Source: Phallusia mammillata (taxonomy: Eukaryota). From it: a DNA stretch of 64,000 nucleotides. Position 1 is the first letter of the stretch, and the number at the start of each line of letters is the position of its first letter. A program made the translations under genes and the position numbers. The stretch is from positions 15,314,001-15,378,000 of the forward strand of contig OZ281494.1 of assembly GCA_965637545.1 (NCBI GenBank). The letters run 5' to 3'. Positions 36,268 to 49,600 of the stretch are shown piece by piece. Under the pieces are notes generated by a model. The model ran no database searches. It was not told the origin of the DNA and worked only from the letters and a program-made list of their open reading frames with translations.

Positions 36268-38944
36268 AGACACCTAGAATAGCGAGTGTCGTGGTACAAC
36301 CCTTCATGGTTGTTGTGCTTTACGAAGTTATTTCAAAGAAATTTGACCGATGCTATTTTGTGTTCGAAAATGTATCCAAGTTATGTTAAACCCAAGTTTG
36401 GTGCAAAAAATACTATAAATCACCGTGATAAAATAAAACACAAAATAACATAGGTGTACGACTTTTCAAAACGATTTACCACATATTAATTTTGCCGTCA
36501 ACCTTAAAAACCATTGGTTCAAACGTGTTTGGAAGGTTTAATTGTCGACTATTACAGAAACGGATTTTTGAAATACGCAAAACACACAAAACAAGGTGTA
36601 CAGGACAAACAGTATAGTTTGATCAGCAAGAAACATAACGACAGAATTGTAGCAACCCGACCAGAAGTCTGAACAAAAAGAGCACGTTTAAACAAGATTT
36701 ACAACTGCAAAAAAACGTAGTTATCCCGGTTCTCATGTGTTGGATTTATAAATGTTCCAGTTATCAAAGGTACAAAATTTGTCAGCTTCGTCAAACAAAG
36801 TGTTCACTGTTTGTCCACGTTGTGAAGATACTCTTCTTCGCCTAGAGGGGTTGTGGTGCTATTATGCTATCACACGTACGTTCTAACCTTGGCATGCATT
36901 TTATCGCAAGACATGTTAGCTGTTCAATGTCACCTAATTGCAGAGGTGTTCCCCTAACTTTTATCAAATAATGACGACCGGATTTTCCCCCAATCAAAAT
37001 TTAATATGAAAACGGACACAGCATCGTTATGTGACCAATTATCTTTTTGGTTTTACAACTGCCAACAAGCGACCAAGAATAATAATCTAAGCATAAAGCA
37101 GCTTCATTAGAAATGTCCTCTATCACAACACTGATGTATTCGTAAGACCCAAGGGTCCTTGATAAAATCGCAGCTAGGCTTTGCTTCACCTTTTCCTTGC
37201 GATCACTACCTGTTACCTTGTTGAAGGTTGTGTTTCGTCAGGTAGCGTTTATTTTATTTTAAAAAGCCCAACATTCTTGTGACAAATTAGCTTCATTTAC
37301 TTCCATTCATGTTACAAGCCTGAATACGGCGGCGCTAAATACAAGTAAAATGCAGCCGTGGGTCACAGTTTGATGGACATCCTTGCACTATTAAGCTATG
37401 TTATCATGGTAAATGAAGTTCAGTAGCCTACAACACGTCGCAGTGTATATGGCCATAAACAAAAGTACTAAAGGGAACCGGAGTTTCGCTGAGAAGAAAC
37501 CTAGCTCTCGTTTCTTTGTTCCCACATTGCTATTTCGATAGTGACTTTCTTGTTACACTGTGTAACGTTTACATATGACATGAATTGTTTTGTTGAACTT
37601 AATACCGGAGGTTAAGGTATTGCGTTTATTGTTTCTTTTGTTAAAGTGGCGGATTCTGCTTGGAACCTTTCCGCTTACAAATCACAACCACTTCGTAATA
37701 GATTGTGATTGTGTAGAACTACTCGGTTCCAGTTTTGTAGTGTTTATTGCACAATCGAAAGGACGTACTTTCAAAGGTGTACAAAAGTACATTCTTTAAT
37801 AACGCAACATTACCATTTGTTAAGAAGACATTCAGCTTAATATGGAAGTACTCGACCAAAACATAGGTAGTGTGGATACAGCTGCATGTAAGAAACAGTT
37901 ATTCCTTTATTAAAACAGCTGCATTACTAATAGAAAAATGGTGATTCACTAGTGAAATAATTTTTTGTACTTGTGATTTCCGTCGGTTTAAATTGCAACT
38001 GCTGTTGGGCAGTATAAGGTAGTTTTGAGAATGATATAACCGGTGTGATGCTAGCTTGTTTACATTTGCCTATACCGAATCCGTCAATTTCCAAGTAAAT
38101 TTACGCAATACCGACACCACTGACCAGTCGTTCGTTAATAATGTAAGAAACAAATGGGGTTAACTGAGGATGCAACTATTTCGTTAACTGAAATGTAAAC
38201 AATTTCTTTCAAAATGTGCAAAACATTTCCACATATTTCGTGACCAAAACTAAATTTGGTGACTCAAATCCTGAAAAAATATTTTCGCGCTTCCTCATCC
38301 GCTCAACAAAAGGCAAATATGTCATATGTTGTCTACCCTGCTTGTTCCCTAAAATGAAATAAAAACGACGCGGCCTAAATTAATTTATTGGACCTAACAA
38401 ACTTTTAATGCTGTCGTACTGTTTCTGCAAACGACGCCGCAAGCTGTTTTATTATTGTTTTTAAACATTGGTGATGTGGGAAGTCTTTTTCCAGCTGGTG
38501 AAGGTATTTACTGTCTCCTTACCACTACAATGATGACTGTTTCAAGACAAACAAATTAAAACGTTCTTAATGTGTGCCAATGACGGTTCCGCGTCATTGT
38601 GAAAGTGTTTTTTAACTTTGTATCAACCGATAGGTGATTTGGAAACGTGATAAACTGAATAGGCGGCTTTCCACTCCACTGATCAAAAGGTTTGCAACGT
38701 ACGTATGTGACATTTGCTAGGTCCCATTTATGTTCGAAATCATTAGTCATGTTTAATGACTGTTAGTTTGCGTATAGTGTTGTGAAACCGACGCGTGCTT
38801 ATGACGCAATCTCCGGTGTAATCTCCGGGATGATTTTATGGTGTACTGTTGTTTGTAGCAAAGCTAAATAAAAGGCTGTATCCCAAATTGTCACTGTTTG
38901 CAGAACATATAGACTAGGCTTCAAAATTATTGAGTTATTTTACA

Positions 38945-41207
38945 ATGGCGGAGAAGTTTTGCCTTTCTAACCCGAACTTAACAGACGAGGATCACCTGTA
39001 CCACATCGCTCTCTCAACTTCAGACAATCTTCCACAGAGATTCGGAGATGTCAAGGTATTTGATTGTTTCGCCCTAAATGCGCTGTGATGAAGGTTTTAA
39101 CAGGTTTAACTTAGCTTTTCAACAACATTTTAAATAAACGATTTTAGTGACAATTTTTTTGTGGCGGACCAACAACTATAAGAGAACCTTACGGCCTTGT
39201 TTAGTAAGAGATTTTGTTAGCACACTTCTAGCACACAGCACACAATTCTTGCTGCGTTAGACCTGATGTTTGTGACATCACAATTTGCTTCAGAAACAGT
39301 TGTGATAACAATTGGGCTTTAAATTTGTAACAATTGACTCATTTTGCGACCTAAATGTAGTTGTGTAGATGGTTTTTTACACTTCTACTGTGATAATTGA
39401 TTAGCTTTAAATTCAAAAAAATACATCGATAAAACTGTGTATTTGTTCCTTTGTACTGCGTTATCTGCACAGTGACTTTTTAAAATGGTGTGGGGTGTTG
39501 TTTGTTGCCCACTATTGGGCAGCGACCAAACCCATTCATGGAAAGTGCTGCATAAGATCACCCCTTGGGGTCTGAACTCGATTTGTGTTTTTAAAGTATG
39601 TTTGCATGGGAGGCAAGGAAAGGAGAATGCAAAAATTTGCTGAGTTACTGTACGACACGTTGGGAAAGCCGGAAAACTCGGAATTGACTGAGCAACCAAC
39701 ACCGGGTAAGGCAAATATATAAACACATCATTAAAAAATCACACATATTTCCGTAATTTAGGTCACCGTCTGAAAAACATTTCGCAATCTGGCGGACGTT
39801 ACTGCTTTTACAAGGTTGGACCTGTGGTCATCGTCAACCACGGCATTGGAAACCCCTCACTATCTGTTGTACTAAATGAGGTTAATAATTCGTTTTTGTT
39901 TTTTTAGCGTTTGGGGTGAATCAGCGTCTCCTAATCATTCGCTTTAGTTCCATTATTTGTTTAGGCTCAAAAACACCATTCACTTTACAACAAAGCCATA
40001 GTTAACTTTCCGCATTTCGGTTTTATGGAATTTTTGACAGAAATTCTAAAAACATACATTTTATTTTTTCTACAGATGCTAAAGTTAATTCATCACGCAG
40101 GTTGCACTGACGTCAGCTTTTTTAGAATTGGAACGTCAGGCGGTTTAGGTGCAGTGTGCAAAAATAAGCGTAATATATAATATATGTTTTGCAATAAATA
40201 TAAATTAAATAAGATTAATAGAAGGTTTTAAATTAGCTTTAATTAATTAACATTCTTATGTTCGTATTAAAACTATTGTTTTTTGAACAGGAATGAAACC
40301 TGGAACGGTGATAATCACGAAACAAGCTTACAACGGCTTACTCGAAAACTGCTACAGACAGGTAAAGTCTACAAGCGCGTTGTATTTACGTGGGCAAGCT
40401 ACTTGTCTCATGCCGATTACTGGCGTTTGTAGGTTATTTGCGGCAAAGAGATTCGATATCCCGCAGACACAAACCCACAGCTGGCAGAAGACTTGCTAAA
40501 ATGCGCTAAAGACTTTAAGATTGAAGCAATTGCGGGAAATACTATGGGGACAAACGATTTTTTTGAAGGTATGCTTCAACCCATTGTTATAAACTTTGCA
40601 ATTCAACATGAAATTTGACTTAATTTCTTTTTAGAGCAAGCACGACTTGACGGAGCTTTTTGCGAGTTCTCACGTCAGGAAAAGTCGGATTTCCTCAAGA
40701 GAGCTCACGACGAATTCGGAATCCGAAATTTTGAAATGGAAAGTTGTTGCTTCTCCGGACTGTGTGCAAGAGCCAATTTGAAATGTTAGTTGAACTTTTA
40801 ACAACATCACATACCCATTCTTTGCAAAATGATTTAACTTGGTCCTGTTTTACAAAGTTTTGTAACTTAACTCCGCAGTGTGTTTGAATCAATCGTTTTG
40901 AGAACGATGGTGGAAAAATTTCAAAACCGCATGAAGTGGTGTAAAGGGTACACAATTCACGGTTTTAAAGATTTTACCAGAAACAAACAAGCCAATGTAT
41001 TTGTATAAAGCATGACGTTTCGACATCAACTTGTGTCATTCTCAAATGAATAAAAAAAGTTTGTTTAATATTACAGGTGCTATTGTTTGCACTACGGTTG
41101 TAAACAGACTTGAACGAGATGATGTCACCGCTGACAAAAGTCTGCTGGAGGAATGGGAGTTTTATCCGCAACAACTGGTGGCGGAGTACATTAAACGTAG
41201 TTGTTAG
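38945..41207 (+). CDS. UPP: Uridine phosphorylase paralog B, about 299 aa
   Basis: Exons 38945-39055, 39597-39705, 39762-39880, 40076-40148, 40291-40361, 40433-40568, 40635-40784 and 41077-41207 (900 nt). Same intron positions and phases and same active-site motifs as paralog A. Confidence 0.95.
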
Positions 41208-42118
41208 TTGTTGACAAGAGCAATTTCTTTTCAGCGTAGCCACTGTAAAATTTTACGCTTCCAACTTATCAGTGTCTGTTGAAAGTTTATCGGTTTGCTA
41301 ATTATGCTTAGGTAAATGTAATTGTTGCGTGCTGTGTTGTTTTTGCCTACTTGAACAGAGAATAAAATGAAAACTACAATTCCAAATAAAATGAAATAAA
41401 AACAAGTCAAAACCTATATATTACGAAAGATAGATGCTATCTTCATATTTTGTTTACCACCAGTCGTTATGACTGCACTTCTTGCGTAAGTTTCGGTCAG
41501 CTACAGCTATCCAGCAAATCTTTTTTAGTTGTAAGTACTTTCGCGCACGTAATTTGGTTAATAATACTTGTTCACACGAGGGAAAGCTTGTTGTAAGTGT
41601 TTGGGTACAGTTTATGTCCAGAAAAGTTTATTAAAGCAGCACAATCAACAAAAACACCTCTAATACAGTGTTTAAGTTGTGCTTGGCCAACCGTGACAAA
41701 TTGCGTCCAAAATTTCTTCTCAGCGGTGCTTAAACCTGTGTGTAAACAAGCGTCGTTTTCCGCGAGATGCTGGACTGCTGGTAGTGTTTTACTGCACGTA
41801 GACAACTAACTTCCTCGGGATAATACCAGGGTAATAAGCGGTGGGAAAGGCTACTGATACTTGTGTAGTATTCATAAAAACTAAGATCAGCTGTTACAAG
41901 CTTCGTAGAAATTTAAGAGTGTGCAAAATCAGGAAAGACTATATATACTGCAACAAACATTTTGAACTCTTACAGCTAGGCGGCGAAATGTCTATAGGCT
42001 TATGAACAACAACTTCCTTCTATTAAACAGCAGAAGTACATGCCAATAGACTAGTTTAGGCTACTTTACTTCGTGGAGACACGCCCAATTTCAGTAGTTG
42101 GCTAGTTTAACAGGGAAT

Positions 42119-44575
42119 ATGTCTACGAGTAAAGCAACAGACACTTTCAAGCTCGAGAATCCATACCTCACAATGAAGGACCATATGTACCACATTGGTA
42201 TTTCGACAACCGACAACCTCAAGGAACGATTTAGTGACGTAAAAGTAAGCGACCGCGGCCATTACAAACACAGGCCTATAAAACAGCTTTATCAGGCCAT
42301 CGCTTGCGTTTGTCAACTTGTTTGAATAAAGTGAAGCTATAAGAATGTTTTAGAAATATACGTTTTGCCTTATTAAATGCATTTATAGCTTTCAACCAAA
42401 AAAAGTCATCATTGGATATAATAAAATATTTATGTGTGCAATCGTCTGTAACCATCTCCAATTCGCCTGGGCACTTTCTGTGCGAATATATTCTTAATTA
42501 GCCCTGAAAACTCCTCATAAAAACAGCAGTCAACTGTACCTGAAACTTTGCATCCTAGCTTTAATTCTGTCTTTAGTTTGTTTGCATGGGTGGAAAAAAA
42601 GAAAGAATGAGGAGCTTTGCAGAACTACTGTACGACCAGCTCGGAAAACCGAAAAACTCCGAACTTGAATCGGAAGGCAGTGAAGCGGAAAATTGTCACC
42701 ACCACGGTACAACTCCAATATAAAATCCATGTAATTTTAATACAGCGGCTACCTAAGTTACTAGTTTTGGTAAACGCGGTAAAATTTGAAATAAAACTTC
42801 CAGGCTTGGACAAGAATTGAAAAAGCAATTCCCCAATAGATATGTTACGCGATCCTGTTATTCAGTACACAGGTTACAAAACATTTCCTCCTCTGGTGGG
42901 CGATATTCCATGTTCAAAGTTGGTCCAATAATTTCTGCAAGTCATGGCATTGGAATGGCTTCTTTGTCAGTAGTTCTTCATGAGGTAAAAATGTTGTTGT
43001 AAACTTACCTGAAATAGTCGATTAACGACTAGCAAATGGTTTCCGGTTAAAGTAGTTGGGTGTCGGTTAACTAGGTTAAGCGGCCTGGCGTGTGTACCAA
43101 GCAGAAAATGGTCTTTCCAATGTGTGCTTTTTAACACATTGCACGTATGATGACCATGTAACTTACTTATAACGGTTACAACCATAACGTATGGAACAAA
43201 ACCTCCAACCAACATCACAACAGATTTCATGGATTTGATGCCTTTGGCTGCTGCATGGTGTTGAAAATAGAGGCTTTGTGGCGATAATTTTAGCAATTCC
43301 TAACGAAAAAACATTAGCAACACTTGCTTTTTTTATCCTAGCTGTTCAAGTTGATCCACTTCGCCGAATGCAAAAACGTCAAGTTTATAAGATTAGGAAC
43401 CTGTGGAGGACTCGGTACGTTTGCTACATGTTTGGTAAACCTCCCACATTCAGAGTAATCAGCTAATGTGTTATAACTATAGGACTTGAAGCGGGAACAG
43501 TGGTAGTGACGAAGCAATCGTACAACGGAATGCTCGAAGATTGTTTCAAGCAGGTAAAATTTGTTGTTGCTAAAACCTCAGTTCTTGGAACCTGTACATA
43601 CTTAATGCTGGACAGGCATCTAACAGCACCAACTTTACCGAAGCTAAGTGGACCCCATGAAGTTTGCTTGGTGTAATTTTATTTACAACCCAATGCAACT
43701 TTATTGTTTACTCCATCGTCCGAAATGATAGGTTTCTTGTGGGAAGGAAACTCGATACGACAGTCATACAGATCCAGGCTTGTCAAGCGAGCTTCTGGCC
43801 CACGCCGAGAAACTTGGTATCAAGGCCATCAGTGGCAATACACTTGGTACCAACGACTTTTTTGAAGGTAAAATTTATAAATGGAATGCTGATTTAACAG
43901 CACGAAACTACATAACTACAATGACAACCTTTGTAATAAGTAACCGAGTGGACTTAAAAAATTAAAGCGCTTAATGCACAAAAAAAGGTAATAAGGTGCC
44001 TTTGGAAAAGAAGTATTGTAGAAAAATGAATTCCATTTTGTAGTGACAACACATTAGCATTTCCAAAGCCATGTTTAAACTATATCCTAAGGGTATAAAA
44101 AGCGTTGATATATTCACAATCAATACTTCTGCATTTTTTTCTTTTTTAAAATTATAATGTGAAAAACACCGCCGCTAGTTAACTATACCAAACAATGGCT
44201 TTTGTTTTTGCACCAACAGAACAAGGTCGATTGGACGGGGCGCTGTGTAATTTTACCAATGAGGAAAAAATGGCGTTCTTAAAAAAAGCTCATGACCAAT
44301 TCGGAATCAAAAATATCGAAATGGAATCAACGTGTTTCGCGGCTCTTTGCAATAGAGTACATGTCAAATGTAAGCTAGTATTTCGACACAACTTTGAAAA
44401 TGTACCGACTTGCAATAAATCTATTTCATTTTGCGTAGGTGCTGTTGCGTGCGTGGCTGTTCTTAATCGACTTTTGCACGATGATATCACAGATGACGGA
44501 CACATGCTTACTGAATGGGAATTACAACCACAACGATTGGTAGTCTCTTTGATAAAACACCATATGTCGTTGTAA
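42119..44575 (+). CDS. UPP: Uridine phosphorylase paralog C, about 313 aa
   Basis: Exons 42119-42244, 42577-42706, 42866-42984, 43342-43414, 43483-43553, 43732-43867, 44220-44369 and 44439-44575 (942 nt). Motifs MYHI, CMGG..ER, GGRY, RLGTCGG, NDFFEEQGRLDG, NIEMES and NRL. Confidence 0.95.
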
Positions 44576-45890
44576 TTTTTGTAGCCAAGTGAATAATTTT
44601 CAGGCGATGGGACAGTATTGGAACACACGTTTGTTTTTTAGAACATGTGTTAAAATAAACTCGTTTGTAACACGACTCAGCACAATTTTGTTTCGAACGT
44701 GCTTAAACAAAATCTAAGCACCATAATCATGGCACTACAACTGGATTAATTACATCGTTTGTATGTACACGTATACAATAAATGGCCTCTCGCAGTTCTT
44801 TCACAATGAAAGTTTCATCCCAGTTTGCATTTTTAAATAAGGTCGTAAATCAGTTGACCTTACAACCGTTTTTATTACGAAAGTGGGACATAACAGATGG
44901 CTGTGGCCAGTTGCTTAATATGAATTAGCTTTGTGTCCGATAAAAAGTTAATCTTATTTGTAGAAATTTATAAATGTATTGATATGAATGAGAATTAAAG
45001 TGAAAATAGGATGAGGTCAATGTTCAAATTGTGGAATTATTTTATAAGATCACGAATCGTTGTTGAGACTATAAACGTAGTATATATGTTTGTTTTTATC
45101 CTGGATGTAACGTTTGCCTCTTCTATTGTTTGTGCTGGAAGTAAGGAGCAAAATTAATTATAAGGTACGAAAAATAAAAAGTTACTAAATGCAAGAAATC
45201 AGAGATGTGTTTTTGGTTGTGGTAAACCAAACAACTCCTGACAACTGTTCGTCCTCTTGCCTCAATGTCAATAGTATGATGGACTAAAATTCTATTTGGT
45301 ACGACATTTTTTTATAACCGAAAGCTTCATACTCATACATATACATATCATGAGCAACACTTAACTGCCATTTGTAGAATCCTTTTCACGCGTCTTGTAA
45401 GCGTTAGGATTCCACGCCCGTCTCTTCTCATTCTAAACTCGTTCGCATTTTCTTGTCATATCTCACCACTGGTTCCCAATCTTTTTCGATGAAGTCATCA
45501 CTTAACAATTCAAAACATTTACCTTCCTCCCTAATATACTACAAGTTTTGCTGAACCATACGAGTAGCTTACTATTCAAATTTGGGTCTATATTAACTTC
45601 ACAGGTAATATTCCAAAAGCATAACGTGTCTATTTTCAAAGCACAGGTAGTAAATTCCTCTCTCTAATTTTAAAAGTCGGTTGGGGACCATTGATAAACA
45701 CCAACACCAATATGTTTACTAAATCAATATTACTCACCAACTGCTTTGCACAGGTCAGAAAACACTTCAATCCATATGCCAGAAAACCTTCTTGACAATC
45801 CATATGCCAGAATTTTAAAATGTTAACATTAAAATGTGCGTAAAGTAGAATATAACAGGCAATCCATCGAGTTAAAGTGTTAAACCATAG

Positions 45891-46593
45891 TGTAAGATTT
45901 CTTGCCTCTAGCGGCGCAAACTGTTATGTACGGGTGCCAGGGAGATCGTCCTGGCATTGCTATTGTCACAACAATGACTTTGTGACGTAAAATCCATTGT
46001 GGTGCGAGACCGCATGGTTATTAGTTTATTAGTGTCTGTGATGTGCTGAACGCATGAAAGTGAGTTGTGATAGCTAAGTAACGTATTTCTGATTCTGTTT
46101 GAAACAGAAAGTATATTGTAAATGTGCAAAAGTTGTACCTAAGTGAACTGAACCTGTGAACTTTGCGCTGAGCATTGGATTATTGTGACCCGATTAATTT
46201 ACTGTGGGCAAGATTCGGCCTGCATCGATCTGTGCGACGAAGTGACTCGGTTGCATTGCTGTACGCCGGTATGTTTTAATGTAGTGGCCTGTATCTTGGT
46301 GTGTTTTTATGTGTTTTACTGATTACGACTTACGATATTTACAGTGTCAAAACCGTAATCTGTGATTTCCAACTGGGAAGTCTTATGCCTGGACCGATCA
46401 AAGTTTGGTACGTTATTTTGTTTCTCTCCTGTAAATGCGTTTTGTCGTTGTTCCTCGTTCTGACTTTTACTAGTGTTGTTATGTTTGCAGAAAACCGCGT
46501 TTATTGCGCGCGTCTTTCATCTTGGTCGAAATAAAATTCTGTTGCTCGCACTGGTAGCTTGTCCAGGCGCTGCACTGAAGGTGCGACGCTACA
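45891..46593 (+). repeat. 5' LTR, 703 bp
   Basis: Identical to the 3' LTR by eye except T at 46515 versus A at 53478. AATAAA at 46530-46535. Confidence 0.97.
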
Positions 46594-46628
46594 TCGTTTT
46601 CAAACTGATCAACGTGTCTTAACCAACA

Positions 46629-49600
46629 ATGGATCCGGATGATGAAGTTATTGTTGCCGCTCACAGAAGTCTCATGGCTAAATATGTCAGAGCTGAAAGT
46701 CTGTTACTTAAACCTACCGACGCGCCTGTCGTTGAACAATTCCTTCCCGAAGTCGAAAAGGACTTTCAAAGAGTAATGTCACTGTGCGAAACAATGTCCG
46801 ACGGGGACATTGTCCCAGGTAGCCGCACAAGAAAGATGGATTATATTCGAGACAAGATCGAGTTCGACGAGCGTATGGAACAATGGCTGTGTGATGTGCG
46901 GCAAAAAACTCCAGTTTCCAATGCATCTCTACCGCCATTAGTGGACAGTCCCTTTATCGTAGACGATCAAAAGAGTATAGGCTCTACGACCAGCTCCATG
47001 CGTAGCTTGAGGTTGAAAGAAAGTCAAGTTAAACTTCGGATTGCCCAAGTGACCCGGCGACAGGACGAGGAACGCAAGCAAGAGGAGGCGGCTAGAAGGA
47101 AATTAAAACAGGAACTGGCGGACCGCGAGGCAAAAGCAAAGCAAGATTTGGCCGACCACGAGGCAAAAGCAAAGCAAGATTTGGCCGACCGCGAGGCAAA
47201 AGCAAAGCAAGATTTGGCCGACCGCGAGGCAAAAGCAAAGCAAGATTTGGCCGAGTTTGCGGACCGCGAGGCAGAACTTGAGCGAGAGTTAGCAGACCGA
47301 GAGTCGCAACGAAAGTTGGAACTTGCTGAAACTGAAGCTAGAGCTTGGGAGGATGCGTCTGTAGCTGAATCCATTTGTGGTAAGCAACATCCTGGATTTT
47401 CTGGCTCGACAACAGTGCCTTTGCCGAGTAGCCCACTGGACAGCCCTGTGCATACCTACATTGACTACAAAGCGCAACCGACAGCACTTTGTAAGAATTA
47501 TGCGCAAGACCAGCGATATACCGAACGCGACACTTTCGTCCAGAAATACGTTAAAGAAGAAGCAATTCCGCCTTATCAATGCCGCGCACATGAGCCGACA
47601 CAACTTAAATTTGATTCCTATCAGGCGCCCCCCAAACCACTCGAAACTCGAGCGCCCCGTGCTAGCCACAACCGATACCTGGAGGTTGGTGAACGTTTTC
47701 TCCCGAAACCGATTGTAGAAAAGTTTAAAGGTGACCCCATGGACTATTGGAGCTTTATCAACCGTTACCAACTGCATATTGCGGATATGGTTGAATCGTT
47801 CGACCTGAAGCTAATTTATTTGTTGCAACATTGCGAAGAGCGTGTATACGAACATATGAAGCATCATTCTGCGTGTGAAAGCCCTCGAGAGGGTTACGAA
47901 ATGGCTCGACGCGAATTATACGAAAGGTACGGGCAGCCCCATATAATAGCTCGGCGCTGCGAGAATTTGCTACACGATGTCCCGAGACTAACTTCAAATG
48001 ACCCAGTCGGTCTCGAGAAACTGGCCGTACTGCTCCGAAATTGCTGTGCTTCCCTGGAAAAAATGGTTGGTACGTCCATTGTAGACTCGGTGGGATTCAT
48101 TTCCTCGATTGCTTACAAACTGCCACTTAAGATGCGGGAAAAATGGGTCTCTGAATCGTTGCGTGTTCAGGATAGAACAAATAATGTGGCGAGATTTGCT
48201 GACTTCGCAAAGTTTGTCATAGAGCAAAGCCGAGAAGCTAATTCGGTTTTTGGAAAGTGCTTGTTTTCTTCTCCTGTGGAAAAGGCTGACACGGCTGCAC
48301 CCAGAAGACAGAAAGTATTTGCGTATAACGTAAACGTATCAGCTCCGGAGAGTGCCGCCGCAGCTGATTTCTCACGTCTGTGCACACTTTGCAAAAGGCC
48401 TCATCGAATCGACGAGTGTACACAATTTAAACGTAAATCGTACGAGGAGCGAAGAAAGTTTGCAAGAATCAAAGGGCTGTGTTACAAATGTTTGTCTCCT
48501 GGGCATTCGGTACGCGATTGTAAAGCTGAGACTAACTGCGACGAGGAAGGTTGCGACAGTGCCTATCATCACACTTTACTTCACAACCCGAAGTGGATAA
48601 GCAAACCCACAGATTCCGAGGAAGAGAGAAACGGCAATGTGGGCGAATTTCACAATGACTGCATGAATTCCGTCATCAACAGAGAAAATGGTTTGGCACG
48701 GAGACCGTCCGCTTACCTGGATATACTTCCTGTTCAAGTACGATGTGGACACAAGCTGGTGAATACATACGCCTTGATTGACTCAGGTTCTAATATGACA
48801 TTTTGCGAACGTCAGTTGGCAGAGAAATTGGGTGCTAAAACAACTGCGAATGGCGTGCACTTTAAGCTAAACACATTAACCACGGATCAGCCTGTAGCCG
48901 TTGATACTACTTCTGTGTCACTATTTATTTCACCGCTAAAGGGGGGACAAGAGCTGAAACTCCCTGATGTTGTATTGGTTGATAGGATCCCCGCCAACCC
49001 TAGCCGGGTACCAGAAGCTAAAAGGCTGGAAAAGTACGAATATTTGCGCGGTGTCGACTTGCCACAAATAGAGGGTGGCGCTGTAACATTGCTGATTGGG
49101 AACGATAATGCGATCGCACACAGGTGCCTGGAGAGCCGCTTTGCGCCCAATCCACGCGAAATCCCAGATGCGGTTAGGACGCCACTGGGATGGCTATTGA
49201 AGGGCCCTTCTCTGGAGACACAAGCGTATGTGGAGGAAGAATCCAGCTTCTACTTGACGGCGTTTTCCTCAGATGTTGAAGCTGACTGTTTAGGAAACGT
49301 ACTTATTAACGATGAAGGAAGCTCGTTCCCATCGCTAGAAGACGATATCGGCGATGTTGAATCTCTGATGCAATGGCTGCGCAGTCACGAGGAGGTTTCT
49401 AATTTTGGGATGAAATACTCGAGGGAGGATGTAGTCGCCTACGATATGATGACGCGACTGGTAGAACGCGTCAACGGGCATTATCAGCTGCCACTTCCGT
49501 GGAAGAATGACAGTGAGGTTCTCCCAGACAGCTTGCCAATGGCCAGTGGGCGCTTGGAAGGCCTAAAGAAGCGTCTGTTGCGGAATTCTGCGATGCGCGA

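Noticed and set aside
36300-38800. Possible minus-strand gene between UPP-A and UPP-B (ORFs 37001-37189 and 38556-38750, and exon-like pieces near 38210-38350)
   Set aside because: Candidate exons could not be joined in frame with good splice sites, and no family similarity was recognised.
44195-44575. 126-aa ORF read as a stand-alone small gene
   Set aside because: It is UPP-C exons 7 and 8 joined through a 69-nt stop-free intron; paralogs A and B have an intron at the same position.
45380-45520. Second RTE-like LINE remnant on the minus strand, left of the 5' LTR
   Set aside because: Only a vague resemblance with multiple stops. It cannot be shown to be the same element as 53690-53880.
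45908-46534. ORFs of 73 and 77 aa duplicated at 52871-53092 and 53264-53497
   Set aside because: They are incidental frames within the identical LTRs, with no coding signature.
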